From Saprolegnia diclina VS20 (lineage: Eukaryota): a stretch of 64,000 bases of DNA. Below are positions 61,262 through 64,000 of the stretch, piece after piece. The position numbers and the translations under genes are program-made. Position 1 is the stretch's first letter. Every line of letters begins with the position of its first letter. Below the pieces are notes generated by a model that saw nothing but the letters and a program-made list of their open reading frames with translations, ran no database searches and was not told the DNA's origin. The DNA is taken from NCBI RefSeq assembly GCF_000281045.1, contig NW_008246075.1, positions 420,561 to 484,560 of the forward strand, read 5' to 3'.

Positions 61262-64000
61262 ATGCTCCATCGGTCGAGCAAGACGCTGCAGGACAATGGC
61301 GTCATCCTCGAGGACGACGCCGAGAATGAGAAGGCGCCGGACGAGGCGCCCAAGCCCGTCGCCAAGCAGGCCTCGGACCACTCGCTCTTGACGCGCGAGG
61401 AGCTGGAAGCACTTGAGCCGCCGCCGGGCCCTCGAACCACATCGTTTGCCGAGCCGCCGCCGAGCCCTGGTGGTCGCGCACGGTCACGTAGTACGAACGA
61501 CATACAAACAACGATCCCGCGGCCGCCTGCGCGCAGCAACAGCCACACGCTCGAAACCTCGAGCGCGGTCGAGGAAGCGCCGTTCCTGGGCCTCCCACCT
61601 TCGTCCGACAAGCGCGCCGAGGTCAAGGCGCGCAAGCCGTTGCTCATGAAGAGTCGATCGAGCGGGCAATGGCTCGCGGCCGCGGCCAAGCTCAAGAAGA
61701 AGCGTACTTCGGGTATTGCCGAAAAGGCCAAGGACGACAATGCCGCAAGCGCGACGCCGACGTCCAAGTCGCTGGCCGACGTCGCCAAGAAGGTTGTCGC
61801 ATCCCGTCGCGCGGCCAACTCGTTCAAGTCCATGTGGCCCAAGGACCACCCGAGCAGCGGCAGCTTTACAACGATCCACGGCCTCCATCTCGAAAAAAAG
61901 AAGCTCGACTTGCGCATTCTCAACGCGCAGTACAAGGAGGTCAAGCGCTCAGAGTTTTACGAAGAGCTCGTCGTCTACTGCGTCTTCCTCCTCCTCTTTT
62001 TCCAGCTGCTCAGCGGCCTCCCGTTCCACGGCTCGTTCCAGCAGAGCGACGTGACGGTCGACTTGACGTGCAGTGTGCCCGAGGTCTGCTCGGTCTCGTC
62101 GCCCGATGGCATCTACAGCTTTGCCAAGCATTTGCAGTCGCGCATCTGCCACGCGCCGGCCGCTGCGTCACCCACGACCTTCCAGACCTGGACGCGCGTC
62201 GGCGGCGTCCGCTTTCGCCAGATCCGCGTCAAGCCAGAGAAGTGCGCGCTGAGCTTTCTTCACGACGACAAGCAGACGTGCTACCCCGAGTTTGACGACG
62301 CGCTCGAGGAGAAGGCGGCGCTGTTCGGCGCAAACCGCACGTATGTGTGGCACAATGACTTTGAGCCGCTCATTCCGGGGCAAAACTCGCGCTTTACTAC
62401 GACGTCGTACGGCACGGGCGGGTACGCGGTCGACCTCTGCGAGATTGGTGATGTGGACGAGCTCGAAGCCGACAGCTACCTCGACATGGCGACCCGCGCC
62501 GTCTCGCTCGAGTTTGTGGTCGTGAACCCGTCGACGCATGTATTTACGATCGCGTCGCACGAGTTTGTGATTCGCCCGTCGGGCCACCTCGAACAGTACT
62601 CGCAAAGTGCGAGCATCCGCGTGCTCGGCCTCGATGCCTCGCCGTCGTCGCTCTCGTCCTGGCTGTGGTGGTGCGACGCGCAGTACCTTCTCTTGCTCGC
62701 GGTCGTCGGCTTTGTGGGTACGTACCTACGCGGCGAGATTTCCGAGATTGTCAAGATGGGCATCACCTCGTACTTGACGCTCGACGGCTGGAACCTCTTT
62801 GAGATGGCGCACTTGCTCGCGGTCATTTGCACCGTCTTGCACATTTTCGTGTACTTTGGCCAGTGCCGCGCCACGATCCGAGCGGTCCACGGCGTCGACG
62901 ACAATGACGGCGACGTGCTCGAGGTGCACACGCACATGCTCATGCTGCTCGACACGTTTCTCTCGCTGAGCGACTATGCAGCGCTCTCGTCGGCGTTTTC
63001 GCTTTTGAAAGTGTTCAAGTTTTTGCGTATGAACTCGACGTTGAACTTGCTCTGGCAAGTGCTGGGCATGGCGCTCCGCGACCTCATGGGGTACCTCGTC
63101 ATCTTCCAGCTCATCTTCCTCTCGTACTCGACGATGGGCTCGTATGCATTTGGCTTTGACCTCGAGGAATTCTCGACCATCTCCAAGAGCTATGGCACGT
63201 GCTTTCACATGCTGGCCGGCGACTTCCCGTACGACCGCCTCCAGCAGGCCAACCCGCGCTTGGCGCCCTTCTTCTTTGTGACGTTTGTCGTGCTCGTGCT
63301 GCAAATCATGGTCAACATGTTTGTGGCCATCCTCTCCGAGTACTATGACAACGCCAAGGGCGTCGGGTCGGACGAAGACGACGTCGAGTACGATATCATT
63401 ACGCGCGCCAAGGAGTTTATGAGCTCGTGCTCGCCGTCGGTCGAGCTCCGGAACCGCGAAAGCATCGTGCTCCGGCCCAACCAAACCGTTCGGCTCATCT
63501 CGACCAACCTCGTCGATAAGGAGCTCACGCGCCAGCGCGCAAAGAAGCTCTTCCGCGGCGCGGTCTGGCGCGTCGTGGCGCTTCTCCGGTTTGGCGTCAA
63601 GTTTGACACGCGGCTCGACTTTGACCGGTCCAAGGCGCCGACTGCGTCGCACGACCCGAACCGCATGACGTACATTCCGCTCTCGGAGAACTTCGACCAC
63701 GCGACCATCAAGATGCTTTTGCCCAAGGGCATTACGATCCGGTTCACGGGCGACTCGATCCTTGGTCAAGATTTGCTCTTGCGCGTCGTCGACCACAACA
63801 GCTTGTCGGTCTCGTGCGTGGTCCTCAGTCACGACGATGACGACGACGACGTCATGGAGCTTGCGGGCGGCGAGACGCTCCGGCTTCCGATGCGGCTCTT
63901 TGGCATTCATGTGCTGCGCATTCTACTGAGCGAGCTCCGAGCCGCGATCCTGCGCGCGACCAAGTGGTGGGATCCGTACGAGGCGCACTTGGTCGACGAC
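61262..64000 (+). CDS. Polycystin-2 / PKD2-like (TRPP) cation channel, truncated by window end
   Basis: Frame read as open from ATG 61262 to the end; VGGVRFRQIRVKP..C, YGTGGY, TRAVSLEF, WNLFE, KVFKFLR, AFG..LEEFST, VNMFVAILSEYY. Confidence 0.88.
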   Translation, partial: MLHRSSKTLQDNGVILEDDAENEKAPDEAPKPVAKQASDHSLLTREELEALEPPPGPRTTSFAEPPPSPGGRARSRSTNDIQTTIPRPPARSNSHTLETSSAVEEAPFLGLPPSSDKRAEVKARKPLLMKSRSSGQWLAAAAKLKKKRTSGIAEKAKDDNAASATPTSKSLADVAKKVVASRRAANSFKSMWPKDHPSSGSFTTIHGLHLEKKKLDLRILNAQYKEVKRSEFYEELVVYCVFLLLFFQLLSGLPFHGSFQQSDVTVDLTCSVPEVCSVSSPDGIYSFAKHLQSRICHAPAAASPTTFQTWTRVGGVRFRQIRVKPEKCALSFLHDDKQTCYPEFDDALEEKAALFGANRTYVWHNDFEPLIPGQNSRFTTTSYGTGGYAVDLCEIGDVDELEADSYLDMATRAVSLEFVVVNPSTHVFTIASHEFVIRPSGHLEQYSQSASIRVLGLDASPSSLSSWLWWCDAQYLLLLAVVGFVGTYLRGEISEIVKMGITSYLTLDGWNLFEMAHLLAVICTVLHIFVYFGQCRATIRAVHGVDDNDGDVLEVHTHMLMLLDTFLSLSDYAALSSAFSLLKVFKFLRMNSTLNLLWQVLGMALRDLMGYLVIFQLIFLSYSTMGSYAFGFDLEEFSTISKSYGTCFHMLAGDFPYDRLQQANPRLAPFFFVTFVVLVLQIMVNMFVAILSEYYDNAKGVGSDEDDVEYDIITRAKEFMSSCSPSVELRNRESIVLRPNQTVRLISTNLVDKELTRQRAKKLFRGAVWRVVALLRFGVKFDTRLDFDRSKAPTASHDPNRMTYIPLSENFDHATIKMLLPKGITIRFTGDSILGQDLLLRVVDHNSLSVSCVVLSHDDDDDDVMELAGGETLRLPMRLFGIHVLRILLSELRAAILRATKWWDPYEAHLVDD

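Noticed and set aside
62726..63910. 394-aa - strand ORF
   Set aside because: Antisense to the PKD2-like channel, which the ORF track misses because it has no stop in the window

Overview
Eukaryotic, GC-rich, gene-dense DNA with short GT-AG introns and oomycete-type Inr/FPR and CCAAT promoter motifs. Gene content and style suggest a Saprolegniales oomycete (Saprolegnia/Achlya-like; inference). It holds about 27 protein genes: MAPEG, a SPOUT/TrmY-like protein, a GAF protein, neutral ceramidase, two tandem coiled-coil paralogs, RidA-family, a METTL21-type methyltransferase, NadD-like, a lamin-tail/PI-synthase-like fusion, MMS2/UEV, COPI-associated, TMEM39, CMC4, Myb/SANT, APRT, GMD, a NuiA-like protein, PH-PH-VPS9-PDZ, a disintegrin-repeat surface protein, AIM24, IMPDH, kinesin-4, glyoxalase I, an APH-like kinase, a membrane TKL kinase, transaldolase and a PKD2-like channel truncated by the window end. 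A complete non-autonomous Mutator-like element (101-bp TIRs, TSD, SWIM remnant) lies at 56-953. The most notable non-annotated signals are a recurrent intergenic palindrome, ATCCGGAT, upstream of many start codons, and a 12-mer shared at near-identical spacing in the IMPDH and transaldolase promoters. Boundaries of spliced genes were inferred by eye and are approximate. All domain calls come from motif recognition, not database searches.
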